DNA of 64,000 bases. Source: Felis catus. Its lineage: Eukaryota. Position numbers and translations under genes: made by a program. Below the pieces are notes generated by a model that was not told the origin of the DNA, did not search any database, and saw nothing but the letters and a program-made list of their open reading frames with translations. The DNA lies in the NCBI RefSeq assembly GCF_018350175.1, contig NC_058368.1, positions 235,788,001 through 235,852,000 of the forward strand, written 5' to 3'. Positions 61,751-64,000 of this stretch are shown one piece after another; the first letter of the stretch is position 1; each line of letters begins with the position of its first letter.

Positions 61751-62361
61751 TGCCGCGATGGTTAGCGGTGTAAGTGTAAACCAGAGCAATTGCTTTTGAC
61801 ACTTAAAAAGGATTTTATTGACAGTTGGAAACACGTTGGGGATTTGAAAAGAGTACTTTTCCATCTGTAATACTTGGTGTGATCAAAGATCACTCAGCAG
61901 CCCCGGATTAGTGGAAATGAGGCTGCAGTGAGTGTTTGCTACTCCACACGGGATGAGGGCTTGGTTTTTGATTCACGCTAATCCCCATCACGATCTAAGT
62001 GGAATTTACGGTAATGTGGATATACTTCTCAGGGCTCCTGCCAACGTGTTTTTAAAGAGCCCTAAAGTAGATAATAATATAGCCAGATTTAAAATTTCCC
62101 TTTAAAGTTAAATCTGACTTTCCCACTCTTCATTCATACACTGGTTTAATGTTTCTAACATATTATATTTAACTCTCTGCGTTTCCTATGTGCATTTACA
62201 AATGTGTGCATTATAGGTGGTGGTGTTCTAGATAATGGGGACCAATCTGCTTCAGTTCCTACTGAGGAGTAGCTTGCAAGGTGATGTAGGGGGTCATTAG
62301 TCTGCAGGTACAACTGGACAATGGTAGATACTGGTCTCTGAAGACCTGGTGTGATTTATAA

Positions 62362-62571
62362 TTCCTTCCTCCCTCCCTCCCTTCCTTCCTTCCTCCCTTC
62401 CTTCTTTCCCTTCCTTCCTCTCTCCCTCCTTCCTCCCTCCCTTCCTTCCTCTCTCCCTCCTTCCTTCCTTCCTTCCTTCCTTCCTTCCTTCCTTCCTTCC
62501 GACTATACATTACATATCTGTGTGTGTGTGTGTGTGTGTATATATAAATATATATACACACACATATATAT

Positions 62572-62609
<38 letters not shown>

Positions 62610-62625
62610 CCACATATACATATTT
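62362..62625. repeat. (CCTT)n polypyrimidine tract followed by (TG)n(TA)n(CA)n
   Basis: Directly visible. Confidence 0.95.
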
Positions 62626-64000
62626 ATTTATAAAATGTCAACTAAGACCCTGCTCTAAGACCCTGGCTTATCTAAGCTATAATTTCTACTTCTGTTAGAG
62701 AGGAAAATAATCACGAGTCTCTCACCATATTTAAGAATCAAATGGTACACAATAAACAAAATCACAGAGTAAATGTCCTTGTTACCGTAAGTAAAGTAGA
62801 AACTACAGAGAGACACAGGTTGAGCCCTTCTATGAACATGAGAGATGGTGACCACCCAGAAGTCAGAGGAGAAGAGGTTTTTTTTTTTTTAATTTTTATT
62901 TATTTATTTTTTTTATAGCAACAAAAGAGGCACATGAGCCACCAGGCTGAACCAAATGCCTGGTCGGAGGAATTCCCAAGAGGGGCATTTTGAGCAAGGT
63001 GGTAAGGAAACAGTATAGCTTTCAAGGAAGTGTGGCCCCTAACCCAGTAGTTCACTTGGATGTGGCAACCTGTTTGCGAATCAGCAATTAATCTAATGAC
63101 TTCCTTACCTAAGACCCCCCCCCCCCCAACGCCCAACTCTGGACTGAAACCTTAGTACTAACTTTACGTGCAAACTCTGGTCCCAACAACATCCTATGTC
63201 TTACTCCAAAAATAACACCATCAAGCACCATCGTTATTCGAGACTCATTCATGTCTTTGTTTTTCAAAAGATATACATCTATGAACTAACTGATACACAC
63301 ACACATACACACATAGTATTTATTTTGTTATAGATGTATTTATTCTATTATATACTAGATATCAAGATCATCTATATGTATATATTTCATTAGCTTTGCT
63401 TTAAAAGCTAATTCCTTAAGATGTTTTTGAAAACCTATGAGGGCAAAGAGTAGAAAAAAAAATGACTTAAAAACAAATGCCCCCAAATGGCAATGGAGCC
63501 ATGCTCAGACATGGTTTCTTACTGCTCCTCTTCCAAATGGACATGCCCACAGGAGCTGGCACTTCCAGCGGATAGAATCAAGATCCTGCCATTCCTCCCA
63601 TACCCTCCGTCTAACAGCTGGTCCCCTTGTTCAACAAGGCAGATGCCCACGAGACCACCAGCTATGGCAGGGTTTTTGGAAATCCCCACATAGTTCCTGA
63701 TTCACTAGACCTTTAAGAACATTAAGAAGGGTATGCAGGTGCAAGGTGCAGCTTTCAGAACCGGGGCACTGGCACACCTTGGCCTGCTGGGAATTTATTT
63801 CCTTCAGAAGAGAAAGAGCTGTATGCACACAGAGATGTGCAGAAACCTTGGATGTGATCATCAACTCTCAAAGGGAGAGGTCCCTTAGATGACCCTGGGG
63901 ACCTAACAACAGGCTTCGATGGTGTTGTATTATGTGCACGGTGATAGAGAGCCTAGCGACTTGGCCCAGCTGCATGTCACCCTGGGCATGTTCCAGATCA

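Noticed and set aside
1..64000. A novel multi-gene biological system
   Set aside because: No host coding genes, operon-like structure, intact ERV or viral insert is recognisable. All protein homology I can see traces to LINE-1.

Overview
This is mammalian genomic DNA, almost certainly from a felid: it carries about 29 tRNA-derived carnivore SINEs (CanSINE/SINEC_Fc type, including a young-looking subfamily) and carnivore-type LINE-1 3' ends. I recognise no host protein-coding gene, RNA gene or prokaryotic-type system. The only ORFs with recognisable homology are broken L1 ORF2 fragments. The window reads as intergenic or intronic repeat-rich DNA (SINEs, young and old L1, L2, MIR, MaLR/ERV LTRs, a hAT element, microsatellites). 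It has a GC/CpG-rich block at about 8.8-20.3 kb, an AT-rich block at about 32-58 kb, and possible conserved non-coding elements at both ends. I found no new multi-gene biological system. The best observations concern genome mechanics: (1) an 81-bp locally templated insertion copied from an L2 relic into a SINE promoter 1.5 kb away; (2) a twin-primed, 5'-inverted L1 nested in an older L1; (3) a 61-bp near-perfect palindrome inside a solo LTR; (4) apparent AT-to-GC conversion of old repeats, turning a MaLR LTR into a CpG-rich patch; (5) several nested or inverted SINE insertions with readable target-site duplications (TSDs); (6) microsatellites arising at the same L1 site in two copies. Repeat family names come from recalled consensus sequences, not a database search, and boundaries of old repeats are approximate.
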